Below the pieces are notes generated by a model. That model was not told the DNA's origin and did not search any database. It saw only the letters and a list, made by a program, of their open reading frames with translations. Below, piece by piece: positions 1 to 14,613 of a stretch of 24,891 nt of DNA. The stretch's first letter is position 1. Each line of letters starts with the position of its first letter. The position numbers were made by a program, and so were the translations under genes. Location of the stretch: positions 1 through 24,891 of the forward strand of contig BAAFSQ010000142.1 in the NCBI GenBank assembly GCA_054661495.1. Reading direction: 5' to 3'. This DNA is from Zygophlyctis sp. KS116. Lineage: Eukaryota > Fungi > Chytridiomycota.

Positions 1-498
1 CGGAAAATCGTCCGAAAAGAAATGCTTTAAAACATGAAAAAAAGCGCGTTTTTTTAAACTTTGAAACCCCCTAATGTCTCAAATAAGAATGTTGAATTTT
101 TAATTTTTATTAATACATTTTGAGTAATAATTGAATGATACAATAATCACTACTCTAAAATCTGGCGGTTGGGCCAGATTCTTGGACAGTGGTTACGTCA
201 GTATTTTCAAGTAGGGTGTGAAATTGCCAAGTTTCAAAAGAGTGTACCCTTTAAAAGTAAAATTATTACTATTCAACCCAGTACTATAAAAACATAACAC
301 TAAAATCTCAAAGCCTACATGCTTTGGCCTCAAACATAAACCTAGACTATCAAACACGTTCATCTGAACTGATTTGTCCTCAAGAGCCGTTTTTAGTAAC
401 AAGACTGTCTCCCAGGACAGACAAACTCTAAATGTAGTAAAAAGTGAAAAATAAATTTGTGTTTCAAATTTTCCTTTAGAAAAAATTGTTTTTTTGAG

Positions 499-2749
499 AT
501 GAAGTTTTCTCATTCCTTGATGCTCAATGCATTCCCAGACTGGATTCCATTCTATATTGCTTACTCAAATTTGAAAAAACATATTTATTTAATAGAAAAG
601 GAAATTTCTAGTGAATCAAGTCCTCTTTTGCCATTTCAATTCAAGGAATTGTTGGACCAAGAATTCTTTAAAATTCAGAATTTCTACAATTCTAAAAAGA
701 TTCTGCTGATACAGGAAAAATTGGAATTTTTAGAGTCACCACAACCAACACTCAAAGTCTCTAGGAGTTCTTCAAGTCCTGCTGGACCATCACATCTTGC
801 TGTCAGATTTAATTCAGATCCTTCAATAATGCTACCACTCAAAGACATTATTGAATTGTATGTTCAGGCTTGGAATCTAAAGGAATTTATTTGTCTAAAT
901 CTGACTGGATTCAATAAAATTCTAAAAAAATATGAAAAAGTTACTGGACAGTTGCTTAAACAGGAATATATGGACAAAATAACATCAAATCCTCCATTTA
1001 ATGAATCAAGTTTGATTGAAATTGATGAATTAATCAAGGAAATTTTGATAAAATTTTCTATATTGGCTACAAGTGGGAATTTAGAAGCTGCTCAAAAGGA
1101 ATTACAAGGACATGTTCATCAAAGAGTAGTGTTTTATAGGAATACAATTTGGAAAGATATGGTAGAATCAGAAAGAAAGAAGGAGTCTATACAAATAAGA
1201 CAAGAAAAGGGAAAAGAATATAATTGTCTAGGAATGAAATTCAAATTACCAATAGTTCACTCAAAATTGATTTATATGATATTTGGAATCTTGGTTTTTA
1301 TTGTTCTTTTGTTGGCTCCGACTTTTGAAGCTCCTGAACAAAGGTATTGTATGGCAATTTTGGTTTTTGTATCTTACTTGTGGGCTTTGGAAGTTCTTCC
1401 CTTGTTTGTAACGGCTTTACTAGTACCATTTTTAGTTGTGGTTTTTAGAGTCTTGAGAGAAGCACGATATGATAATGACAAGGTTACAGTGGATTATTAT
1501 TATAGATTGACGTCAAAAGAAGCTGCAAAAAAGATTTTTTCTGAAATGTTTGGGCCAGTTATAATGCTGTTATTGGGTGGATTTTCTTTGGCTGCTGCGT
1601 TAAGTAAGCATCATATTGCAAAATCTCTGGCTGGTGCCGTGCTTAGTAGAGCAGGAGATAAACCAATTTGGATTATTTTGACAAACATGTTTGTTTCTAC
1701 TTTTGCTAGCATGTGGATATCAAATGTTGCTGCTCCAGTCTTATGTTTTTCTCTGGTCTTTCCTATTTTAAGAAACCTTCCATCAAAATCTAACTATGCA
1801 AAGGCCTTGGTATTTTATTTCTAAATTTTACTCGTAGGTGATGGGAATCGCTATGGCTGCTAATGTAGGGGGAATGGCATCACCAATTTCTTCTCCTCAA
1901 AATATTATTGCTATGGGTACGATGGTTCCCCAGCCATCTTGGGGTGAGTGGTTCATGATTGCAATTCCGATCTGTATTTTTTTGGATCTCATTATTTGGG
2001 CTATTTTGATTTTCATATTTAGGCCAAATGATTCAATTGGGGCTGTGCCTGAAGTATCATCGTATTCACATTTTAGGAAGTTCAATGCAACGCAAAACTT
2101 TATCATCTTTGTAACGTTTTTGACCATATTTCTATGGTGCATTGAAAGTAGTATTGAACATATTATTGGTGACATGGGAGTTATTGCAATTATTCCTATT
2201 CTAGCATTCTTTGGAACAGGTATCTTGACAAAAGATGATTGGAATTCTATGCTATGGTCAGTGGTCGTTTTAGCTATGGGAGGAATTTCTTTAGGGAAGG
2301 CGGTCGATTCATCTGGTTTATTAAAAATCATTACAGGAAAAATGACTCCTTATCTGTCGACTCTTTCCCCATTCTATTGCCTTGTCTTGTTTTCAGGTGT
2401 CGTTTTAATTATCACTACTTTTATAAGTCACACTGTTGGTGCATTGATAATTCTTCCGGTGATTAAGGAAGTTGGAGATTCACTACCAAATCCTCAAACC
2501 CGCACTATGCTTATGGCAGCAGCATTATTGTGCTCTGGTGGAATGGGTATTTTAACTTTAAATTAATCACTAGGTCTTCCAGTAAGTTCTTTTCCAAATA
2601 TGAATGCCATTTCCTTGGATGATCCCACTGGTGTCCCATGGCTTACTGTCCCTGATTTCTTAAAGGTTGGAGTTCTATCATCATTTTTTGCACTTCTTAT
2701 TGTGCTTGTTGTAGGATATCCTATCATGACATTAATGAATTTTGGATAA
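499..2749 (+). CDS. SPX-domain low-affinity phosphate transporter (Pho87/Pho90/Pho91 family, DASS/SLC13-type), ~731 aa, 3 exons
   Basis: Starts MKFSHSLMLNA (family N-terminus MKFSHSL). SPX lysine cluster GFNKILKKYEK; transporter motifs SMWISNVAAPVL, ANVGGMASPISSPQN, GLPVSSFPNM. Introns 1810-1837 (28 nt) and 2547-2573 (27 nt) restore KALVMGIA and GMGLPVSSFPN. Stop TAA 2747-2749. The paralogue cannot be resolved. Confidence 0.93.
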
Positions 2750-2789
2750 GTTGACCAAAAAAGTTTATTTGAAAAAAATAAAAAATCAT

Positions 2790-3912
2790 CTATACTCTCA
2801 GCGCCTGACATGTATTCCCAAAAGCGATTGAAACCCATTCTGTGGCAGTACTACACCAAGAGAACTGATTTACTTCTGCATCAGCAGTATATGCCAAAAT
2901 TGGTTCTTGAATATTTTTACCTTTTGCCATTCTTGATACATCCCAAATTAATGCCTGACCATCATTTCCTAATATTAATTTTTTTAGAATTACCTGCTGA
3001 ACATAAATGTCCACTGGAATGAGGAGCCCATCCAATTGCATTTATCGGCCCTAAATGACCATTAAGTTCTGCAACTGGAACTGCTGGAACTCTAATATCC
3101 AAAATTATAACTGAAGCAGAATCCACCTGAAAAGTAGCAATATAATTTGGATCTTGTTTATTCCATGATAGTCTTAATAAAGGAGAATAATCGCCAGAAT
3201 TATTAGAACCAGCAAAAGTTTTTGGCAATGTCTCATAAATTATAGTAGAGTGTTCCAACTCTCTTTGATCAAACATTCTAACCGAACCATCTGCTCCAAC
3301 AGACGCAAAAACATCTGTACCCTTTGCAAAAGCAACATCATAAACCTCCTTATCATGCGCAATTAACTGAGTTTTCGCGACTTGAGTCTGTAAATCCCAT
3401 AATGTACATGTAGTGTCAATAGAACAAGTCACCAACAATGATGGATCAATTTCATTCCAATCAAAAGATGTAATTGGAGCACATTGTTCCTTTTTATTCT
3501 AAATTTATAAAAAAAAACAAAAACTTACGACAGTCTTTCGAACATTGCAAAGAGTAGCTTTTTTCAAAAGTTGATAGTTTACACTTGGTTTCTTATTTTC
3601 CAATACATTTGCCGTCCCTTGATCAGGATCTATTAATTCCCATAATCGCAACATATCCCCAGTAGTTGCAATTAATTCTGGACCTGTCCCTTTGTATGGC
3701 GAATATTTTAGTTTAGTGACTGGAAAATGATGATCAGCTTCTGCAATTTTAATTAAAGAATCATTAAACATTTGAATAATATGCAACTTGTTAGAATAGT
3801 TTTGAATAAAGGAAGAAATCCCTAGTCTAAAGGTATTTGGCTTATTAGACCATGATAGACCATATATAGTCCAGGGAGCCTTGTAATTATAGATTTCTTT
3901 TGACGGTTGCAT
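2790..3912 (-). CDS. DCAF7: WD40 protein DCAF7/WDR68 (AN11/TTG1 family; DYRK/Yak1 scaffold), ~355 aa, 3 exons
   Basis: Family-diagnostic [71 protein letters not shown]. Introns 3499-3528 (30 nt) and 2969-2993 (25 nt). Confidence 0.95.
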
Positions 3913-4066
3913 CCGAATTCACTAAAACGCGAAAAATTTACTAAAATTTTCCTGGTAATTTCTTTGGATTCAATTTCCCGACCGCCCACTCAATACAAAT
4001 TTCTTAAATTTTAAATTCTTTTTTACCCCATCAACTTCTTTCATTCTAGAAAAGTAAATCAACAGG

Positions 4067-4547
4067 TTAAGCAATCAATGTAGAAGCAGTAGATGATTCA
4101 TACTTCCAATTTGGAGCCAATTGACCAGCTGTTTTATAATAACGGGACAATCTATGGATACGAGATTCAATTAAAATTAATCTGAATTTAGCATCCATAT
4201 CTTTTCTATATCTTTCCAAGTGTTTACGGACTGACACAGCCTTCTTAATCAAATGATATAAGTCTTCTGGGATTTCTGGAGCCAATCCTATGATTAAAAT
4301 ATTAAAATTTACCATTTCCCTTTAGGATTCGGAGGATCTTGTTACCAGTCACAGATCTGACTTGAGCGATTCCATGCAAATCTCGAAGAATTACACCAAT
4401 TTGAGATGGAGATAAGCCCTTTTTAGCCAACTTGCAGACTTGATCAACAACTTCTTCAGGGGCAGTTTTAAGCCAAGAAGGTGGAGATCTTCTATAAGGT
4501 AAAGCCGAGGAGGCAATACCCTTTCCGTTTGAGTGCATTCTTCCCAT
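4067..4547 (-). CDS. RPS13: 40S ribosomal protein S13 (uS15), 151 aa, 2 exons
   Basis: [18 protein letters not shown]...[26 protein letters not shown]...[11 protein letters not shown]. Removing intron 4288-4312 (25 nt) gives 151 aa, the canonical length. Confidence 0.99.
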
Positions 4548-4659
4548 TTTTAGTTTTTTTTAACGCCACAACTAACCTACAAATTCAAATTATTCTTTTT
4601 TGGGATTTATTGCCACTTTCTAGGTCAATTTACTATGAAAGTTTTACTTTTAAAATTTA

Positions 4660-6811
4660 TTATCGCTTGGAATAATTATTACGGTAATTATTGTTTGAAG
4701 AATTATTGCGGTAATTATTTCCAGAGTTTCTAGAATTATTATTTCTAGAGTTCCAGTTGGAATTAGAGCCTCGTTTTCCATTTGAATAGTTTCTAGAACC
4801 TTGATTTTGATTAGAATCTAGGCGTTCTTGGAGTTCAGGTAATTCTTTTGGAATTTCAATAGATATTCCACGATTGTTTCCCCATAATGTTTCTGCAAGT
4901 TTAATAGAACCATCTTGTAGAGTTTCAATCTTTTCTTCTTTAATATCAACTACTACTCCCATGCTATCAGATGTCATACGCCATCCAATAGTATCTTCAT
5001 AAGTTAATAATGGGAAATTTTGTTGAGTCATTGATCTTATATAACCTACATTTCTAATAGGTGATTGAACTCTAAATAAGACTGTTAAAAATCCTTCATT
5101 TGCAGTCATTAGAGATCTTGAAGGAAGTCTTTTAACAGTATTGCAAATAAGTGCTATAGTAGAACTAAGGGCTGTAATAGGATCATTATTATAATGTGCT
5201 AAAATAGATTCTGCAGTATCTGTAAAATAAGATAGTACAATTGGATCAAGATCTTCTTTAATTGTGTTTAATGTATCCTGTGCTCTTGCAGAAACAATTT
5301 CCTTTGGTTGAGGAGCACCCATACGAGTAAATTCTACTCCAGCTCTGCGAGATATTTGATTCAATGCATACTCTTGTTGCTGTTTAAAAAATGTAACGCA
5401 AACTCCAGATTTTCCTGCACGTCCTGTTCTACCACTACGATGAACATAAGTGTCAACGTCATTAGGAGGTTCACAATTAATGACTAAATCAACTTCAGGA
5501 ATATCAACTCCTCTTGCACATACATTTGTGCATATAAGACACTTGAATTTCCCATCTCTAAAACCTTGCATTGAAACTTCTCGTTGCTTTTGAGGAACAT
5601 CACCATGAATAACTTGACAACCAGCAGCTACAAGTTTCTCATTTAGGCCAAGCTCATTTCCTTCTCCTTTAGTTTCAACAAAAATAATTGAGCGTCCGGA
5701 ATTTCCTCGTCCATATACTGCCAAAATATCTCCCAATACAGAAGCTCTATTTTGCCATCTTGAAGGAATAGCAATATGACTAACAGTTTTGGAGGTTTTT
5801 TGTTTATCATTTCCAATTAAATCTAGTGTGACTTTATCACCCTTCATGAATTTCTTGACTGCATCTTGAATCCAAGCGGGTAATGTTGCAGAAAACAAAA
5901 GAATTTGATGAGATGGAAAACTTGAATCCTTTTTTTGATCTTGAACAGCCATTAAAACCTTTTCCATTGCTTCAGCAAACCCAATATCAAGCATTTGATC
6001 AGCTTCATCTAAAACAATAAATCTAATGTTATTTTGGATAGAATTACTCTAAATTAAATAATTTTAAATTTCCTCTATCAATATGATCAATTAGACGACC
6101 TGGTGTTCCAACCACAATATCAACTCCATCTCTAAATGCAGTATATTGTGAATCATACGGCACACCACCATAAACACAAGTAGTTTTCAACTGATTTGTG
6201 CACAGTATTTGAACCTGTTTAAACACTTGAATAGCCAATTCTCTTGTTGGTGCCATGATCAATGCCTTTGGTGGTCTTCCTCTTGCACCTCTTCCATTTT
6301 CAGTCAAAGATTTAGACAATTTTTGTACGACTGGTAGCGCAAATGCCAAAGTCTTTCCAGTCCCAGTTCTAGCTTTTCCAAGAACATCTTTCCCTTGCAT
6401 GACTGGCTCGAATGAAGCAATTTGTATCGGAAACAATGAATGCACTCCACTTGTTTTCAATGCATTTAAAATAGGAGTTTCCAGATTAAAATTTTCCAAA
6501 AGTGTTGGATCTATTTTTGGTTTTTTATTTTCCTCTTGAACCTCTACTTCTTCAACTTGATCAATAGCCGATCTCTTTTTAGATTTTTCCATTGACTTTT
6601 CCTTTTCTTTCTTTTTAGATTTTTCTAAAGATTTTTCTGATTTTTCCATTGACTTATCTTTTTTCTTTGATTTTTCTTTAGATTTTTCCCTTGGTTCCTT
6701 TATGTCCTCTTGGACCACATTAGCATTCTCCTTGATTTCCTCCTTGATCTTTTTAGTTGATTTGACCTTTTTCTTGTCAGAGACTTTTGCATCTGCTGAA
6801 ACTGACGGCAT
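4660..6811 (-). CDS. DDX21: DEAD-box RNA helicase, DDX21/DDX50 (nucleolar RNA helicase II/Gu) type, ~708 aa, 2 exons
   Basis: Q motif LFPIQ, ARTGTGKTLAF, PTRELA, GTPGR, VLDEADQML (formed by removing intron 6023-6047, 25 nt), FSAT, HGDVPQKQRE, YVHRSGRTGRAG. Lys/Glu-rich N-terminus, GUCT-like region ending ELPELQE, and Asn/Arg/Gly-rich tail. Confidence 0.88.
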
Positions 6812-6874
6812 TTTTTTCAGGGTGAACCATGGCCTGAACCCATAAAGTCCGTCCGTTTTAATATTTAGCAGATT
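6812..6874. promoter_or_regulatory. 63-nt divergent intergenic region (putative bidirectional promoter, DDX21-like / hydrolase)
   Basis: Head-to-head ATGs at 6811 (-) and 6875 (+); contains CCGTCCG at 6849-6855. Confidence 0.55.
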
Positions 6875-9800
6875 ATGGAGATTTGTATTATAGTATTATT
6901 CCTTGCAAGTATGTACAATGCATCGGCGGTCTTGGCGGTCGGAGAGCAACTGGAATGGAAATGTCTTGGTCCGTTTTTGGCTGGTACGAGAGAACTGGGA
7001 TACGATCCATTATCTGCTTTTGGTATTGATTTAAAAACGTTTTTAATTAAAGGGGGGTTTGAATCATTGCAATACTCAAATGTATCATGTTATCCTTCTG
7101 AAATAGCTGATTTTGGATGTGTCAAATGGTTCAAAGTTTTTGCAGAAAATCATGAGGTGAATGTTGAACTTTTGAATGTAAATTGGGAATTTAATAGAAA
7201 TTTTTTTGGATGGGCGGTATACGAAACCATAACATTCTTCAAGACTACAGTAAATATTCCAAGCACTGGGTATTGGTTTCCAGAAAGAATTTTAACGCTT
7301 AGATACTATGCAATCAAATTTGATAATGTCTTTCATTTCAAATTAGACAATCAGGTATATACTGGGAATGGGTTAAATACAACTGTTAATGTTCCAAATA
7401 TTATATATTTGACGCAAGGGGATCATGAATTATATACAAGTCAGGAATATGATATTAGGAAAAGTGGAGGGTAAAAGAATTTTAGTAAATTCATAGGAAT
7501 AATTCACCCAAAGTTTCATTCTCTTATGAAATATATTCAACTGATTTAGATGGATATGGTGTTTTACTCTTTCCTGATCAAGATATAATGCCAGAAATCA
7601 TGGGTGAGAAGTTGGTGACAGAGTTTGCGTCAATTACGATACTAAATGCAAATATTGGAAATTCTTCAATAGAATTTAGGAAAGAAGAAAAGAATCATTC
7701 TTTTTATCATAAATTATATGATCCTCCTGGTTGGATACATTTAATACATGTGTCTGCTGAAACTGAGTTGGGAATACAGGTAAAAATTAGATTGTAAATC
7801 ATAGATACCAACTGCAAATACTCTTGGTTTCAGTGTTAAAATTGCACCTGGGCAGGTATATAATATTGGTATTCAGCTTTTTCCTCGGTCGGAAATAGAC
7901 TTGAAAGGTTTAAGATTTACATTGGAATTTTATTATTTATCTACCAAAGAGAGATTTATTATTAGAACTCAACTGTACAATCTTGTGGAGAGAGTTTGGA
8001 ATGATCCTTACAAAATGACTTTTGTTGATTATGATGGGACTGTTCAGTATGGTACTAAACTAATAATTTATGAAAGCAATGCTTCGGCCTCCTAAAAATG
8101 TCTCTTGTATACGTTCGGAATTGGTTGGATGTCCTGTAGTTGTCGCTTTACATGGGTAAGAGAATTTTTGAACTTATTTATAGAGCGGGCGTGGAAGCAT
8201 CCAGTCCCTTTTGGCTGAATGCATACAATCAGCAAAACTTTGCTTGGATGTTATTTCCATCCGGTAGGACTCCTTGGTATCATTGGATATTATAAATGCT
8301 TAGGGGGCATGATTGGCATGGAACTTCGCATTTGAATGTACGAAGCGCTTTAAAGAACATGGTTAAAATGTCTGGAGTTCCAAGTCAGTATATGAAAGGA
8401 GTAAGACCAGATATTGCACGTATTATTTATTCAGGTATTTTAATAATTAATAATTGGTCCAGGACACAGCAATGGAGGCCAAGGAGCATGGTGGATGGCA
8501 AGTCATTTTCCTGATGAAGTCATAGCTGGTTAGATTATTTTTCCTGATTAAAATAGCTATTCCTGTCTCAGGATTTGTTGATATACAATTTTACGTCCCG
8601 TATTTTATGGCCATGGGAAATTCATACTCGGATCCTATGCTTCGAGGAGTAAGTTGATCGATTTTTTATATTTAACAGTTATTGGAATCATCAATTTCGG
8701 AACATAACATTGATCTTTATATTTCAAATCTTGCCGGTATTCCCGTTTTCGCTAGAGCTGGCGCTTTGGATGATAACGTTCCTGTCATTCATACTCGGCG
8801 TCTTGTTCGATTAGTCCATGAATGGAATAGAAACCCAAAATCGATCACGTACGATGAGGTTCCCGGGAAGGGGCATTGGTTTGATGGAATTCTTAGCGAT
8901 CAACGCATTCAAAATTTTTTGGATATTTTTCTTGATAAAACGATTAATCCAAACCTAGATATGCCCCCATTTCCGGACTCATTCACGTTGACAACGATGA
9001 ATCCTTTTTCAACGGGGACGAAGGGTGGCATTCGCATACTTCAGCTTGAAGTTCCTTTTATGCTGGCTAAAATTAGAGTCATCAGAGAAGGAAGTAAATG
9101 GAATCTTTTGACTAATAATGTGCGTCGATTAGGATTTCATCATGACCCTCGACAAGGCAATTTAACATCTTTTTCAATTGATGGCACTGATTTCAACATA
9201 CCTCCGCAAAGCGCGGGTCCATCATACCTCAAAACGGGACACTTATGGGCGGTATTTCTGATAATTCATGACGTAATAGGATGCACCAGATTTACTCTGG
9301 ATAAGTAAAGAAAGACATCCCAATACCTATGGTCCAGCTATACATATTTTGAATCACCCATTTATCATAGTTGTGCCTTCTCACAAATTCCCGAATATTT
9401 CGGTATATCACCACATGGCTCGACAGATTGCATTATCTTGGTATATTTGCTGCAAAGGTACCACTCAGATTGTAAAAGATGTTGATCTATTGGATGGATA
9501 TGCAGCCAAATACAGTAAGTTCATTTTATATTCTAAGCCATAGATCTAATAGTTCTTGGGGGGCCAATCGATAACATGTACACAAAACGAAGAGCTCGAG
9601 AGGGAGGTTCTACAATGTGTAAATCTAAAATATTAACTGTAAAGTCCAGTATTTAGCCTCTGGAGGGGTCAAGCTTGAAAACCAAATCTATGAAAGGCCC
9701 GGAACAGGTAATACAACACAATTAATCAAAGGCGTCATCTTTCTTGCACCAAGTCCTACAAGAACACGAACAGGACTATTTATCACTGGCATTGACCGAA

Positions 9801-10024
9801 TTGGTCTCGAACGAGCGGCTTGGTTGATTCCATTTCGTACAGGAATAGCGATACCCGACTATATGGTAATTGGAGAGGACTTTGGAGATCCTCACACCGG
9901 CTGGTCTACTGGAAAAGGTGGTGACTATTGGGGAGCAGGGACCAAAGGCTCAGGTGGAATTTATGCTGCAGGATTTTGGAACAATACGTGGGATTTTGAT
10001 TCAAGATGTGGTTATGTAAAATAA
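6875..10024 (+). CDS. Uncharacterised secreted alpha/beta-fold serine hydrolase (peptidase S9-like), ~920 aa, 15 exons
   Basis: Signal-peptide-like N-terminus. After splicing: PVVVALHGAGVE, nucleophile elbow YSGHSNGGQGAW, GALDDNVP (Asp), GKGHWFDG (His). Introns: 7023-7052, 7270-7302, 7471-7496, 7780-7804, 8052-8076, 8156-8183, 8277-8303, 8435-8462, 8529-8556, 8649-8678, 9252-9279, 9515-9543, 9619-9644, 9708-9731. The first two and the last are stop-free 3n introns and are less certain. Confidence 0.8.
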
Positions 10025-10033
10025 ATTTGTGTA

Positions 10034-11112
10034 TTATTGCGAAGCTTTGAATTCTGCAGAGGAAAACAAGGAATCCATCGAGCCTCCTGGAATTATTGTA
10101 TCAGAAGAGCTTGCTGGAGAAAGTTGATTTCCAATATTTTTTTCTATAACTTGTACTCTATTTGCAGGAAAATATCCTATTGCACCACTCTGAGTCCTTC
10201 CTTTCCACCAATCCTTGTGAGTCCTCTCTAGAATTGCAACTATTTGACCTTTTGAGAGTTGAAGCTCTAGAGGTGATTCTGGAATAAATTCATGCAATGC
10301 TTTTGCAAAATCTACTTGTGATGGAGATATTTGCGACCCCTGACGTGCTCTTATTTTGGTTATAATTTTTGAAAATAACCATGGCATTCCAACCATAAAT
10401 AGTAAAAAAAGCATAAATGGTTTACTACTTGAACTCTTTTTAATTTTTTTGAATTCTGAGACCGAGATTCCTGGACTCTTACCAGTAACCTTTAAACCCC
10501 AATTCTTTATTGTATTTACAAGAGAATAAATTGAGAATACTGATCCCAGATAATTCCTTAGATTCCCAAATTGTTCTGCTACACCAACCATTGCCATAAA
10601 AGAAGAATGAGTAGCAAAGAATGTAGACTCCAACATTTGTGCAAACCCCCCAAATGCCTATTCAAAATTAAAAAGTAATAGTATAATACCTGCACAATTT
10701 GTTGAATAGTAGCAAAAGTTTGCTGAGTCTCTTGTTCCATCCTTGTACTTAGCGAATTAGAATCAAATTGTCTATTAAATCCAGAGTTATAACCACCTAT
10801 ATTACTCATTCCGCCATAATTATTGTAGCCCCCGTAAGATCCATATCCGCCTCCATGGCCACTTCCGTATCCACCTCCATACCCGCTCCCATAGGCACTC
10901 CCATACCCACCTGCATAGCTAGATCCATAGCCAGTAGACCCATAGCTAGAAGATCCATAACCAGAATTATAACCATAAGGAGAAGATCCATACATTGCAT
11001 TCATGGGTCGATTTACAGATCCTGCATTCACAGAATCAATTGCAGTAGTAGGCCTTGGAGGAGCCTCATTAGTACCAGACTCTAGTTCCCAAGGTTTCTT
11101 TGGCGGCTCCAT
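10034..11112 (-). CDS. PEX13: Peroxin 13 (peroxisomal import docking protein), ~348 aa, 2 exons
   Basis: PPKKPWE N-terminus, YG-rich region, IVQAFGGFAQMLEST (across intron 10658-10689, 32 nt), transmembrane segment, C-terminal SH3 domain (AKALHEF...EL...DWWKGR...GYFPANRV). Confidence 0.96.
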
Positions 11113-11263
11113 ACAAATTTCCTACCAGTTAACCTAGATTTTGAAGGGATTTCTAATTTGCACTAGACACGGAGATTTTCCTAGGCGCGTTCCAACCAGC
11201 GGCCAGTCATACGTCTTGGTTTGCGAAGTTGTCAAAAACCACGAGAGCGCGTTTATAAAGCAA
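11113..11263. promoter_or_regulatory. 151-nt divergent intergenic region (putative bidirectional promoter, PEX13 / calcineurin A)
   Basis: Head-to-head ATGs; locally CpG-rich with GCGCGTT twice (CGCGTT at 11186-11191 and 11248-11253). Confidence 0.55.
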
Positions 11264-13113
<1,850 letters not shown>

Positions 13114-13143
13114 ACTTTTTCAATTTGTAATTTATTACCCTTT

Positions 13144-14589
13144 TCAGTCCTGAACAGGGAAAGCCACCGTAAATTTCTCCTTGTCCATGACAACAATGGA
13201 TTTTCCATCATGATTCCAACGCATTTCTTGAATATTAAAATTTACTAATTATTAGTAAGATCAGTTTCATACCAGCCGGGATTTCGATAGCATCACAACC
13301 CAGATCCTCACCATTCCAACAGTATATATGACTAGATCCACAGCTAAAGACCAATGTTGACGGAAGAATTGGATTCCATAAAACTCTTTCAATTGGCTTT
13401 ATCTGCTGTATCAATGCTATTTGCTTTAGATGAACAACATCCCATATCCATAGAAAATTGGGCATATTATCTAATTAACAATAAGTAAAATCGAATTACC
13501 ATTTTTAGTCACCAAATATCTTCCATCTGCATTAAACTTTAGTAAACTGATACCAATTTTTGGATGCGGTTTATCTTTGTCCGCCTTTATTGAAGGAATC
13601 TGAACTGGACCATTATTCAAATAATATCGTATTTTTTCAGAAGATGAATGAATATGTGTCCATGATGAAACTACTGCTAATTCCTTAAAATCCAGAGAAC
13701 TAACTTCCTTGAATACTTTTACATCAGTCGCTGATAAATGACTTGGATGAGAAAATTCAATAATTGGTTTCCAAGTATAATAATTCAGAAAACGAACTTT
13801 TTGATCATAACTTCCAATTACCAAAAACTGACTTGAGGGAGACCAAGTTACAGATTTGATTCCTAGACCATAATCATATGCAGAGAAACAAGACACTAAT
13901 CTCCCATCTGGATAATAAATAAATATCTTGTATTCCATGCTTGATTCCCAAATTGCTATAAATCTCCCATCTGGAGACCATGAAATATTTTCCAAATCCA
14001 CCGTATCTGTTGGCCATCTCTATTATAATAAGAAATTTCTTAAAATACTTTTAATAGCACCCAATCCAATGTATCATAAATACATACAAACTCTTTTCCT
14101 TTTTTCTTTTCAGCTATAGCAAAATAACGTCCATCAGATCTAAACTGATACCCCTTGTCCGAATATTTTGGCGAATGAATTAAATTCACTTCTTTTGTTA
14201 TTATTGACCATACCATGCATCTTATCTATGATTAATATATTTAGTAATACATTCAACGGACTAAAAGACAACAAATGTCTGCTATCAGGAGCCCATATTA
14301 CACGAGTAAAGCCAAGTATTCCATCTTCTATTTTGCCAGTCCATTTATCATCCTTTAAATTCCAAATTTGTATTATTCCAGTCTTGTATGAAACGGTAAA
14401 AATAAGTTCAGAGTCTTTGGCCCATACAAATTCTGAAATCGTTTCGACGGCTTGAAACAAGTGTAAAATCTGGAGTGAATCAGCGTCTCGAATGACAAGT
14501 CGGTAATGTACAGCGGTGGCAAGATATAGGCCATTAGGAGAGAATTTATTTAGATTTGCAGTCTGTTTATAAAGTTCAGTGAAATCCAT
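13144..14589 (-). CDS. WRAP73: WD40 protein WRAP73/WDR8 (centrosome/spindle-pole microtubule anchoring), ~444 aa, 5 exons
   Basis: MDFTELYKQ, FSPNGLYLATAVHYRLVIRD, LGIKSVTWSPSSQFLVIGSYDQKVRFLN, NDNMPNFLWIWD all resemble WRAP73. Introns 14226-14250, 14020-14048, 13471-13499, 13245-13272. Stop TGA 13146-13144. Confidence 0.9.
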
Positions 14590-14613
14590 TTCGGTCGGTC
14601 GCAACTTGGAAAA

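Noticed and set aside
193-513. 106-aa minus-strand ORF
   Set aside because: No recognisable motif and it overlaps the transporter start; probably chance.
1483-1505. Possible extra micro-intron (also 17366-17391)
   Set aside because: GT...AG of 23 and 26 nt, but removal would break an otherwise continuous reading frame.
13144-14589. WRAP73 as proof of a flagellated organism
   Set aside because: WDR8 orthologues also exist in non-flagellated fungi.
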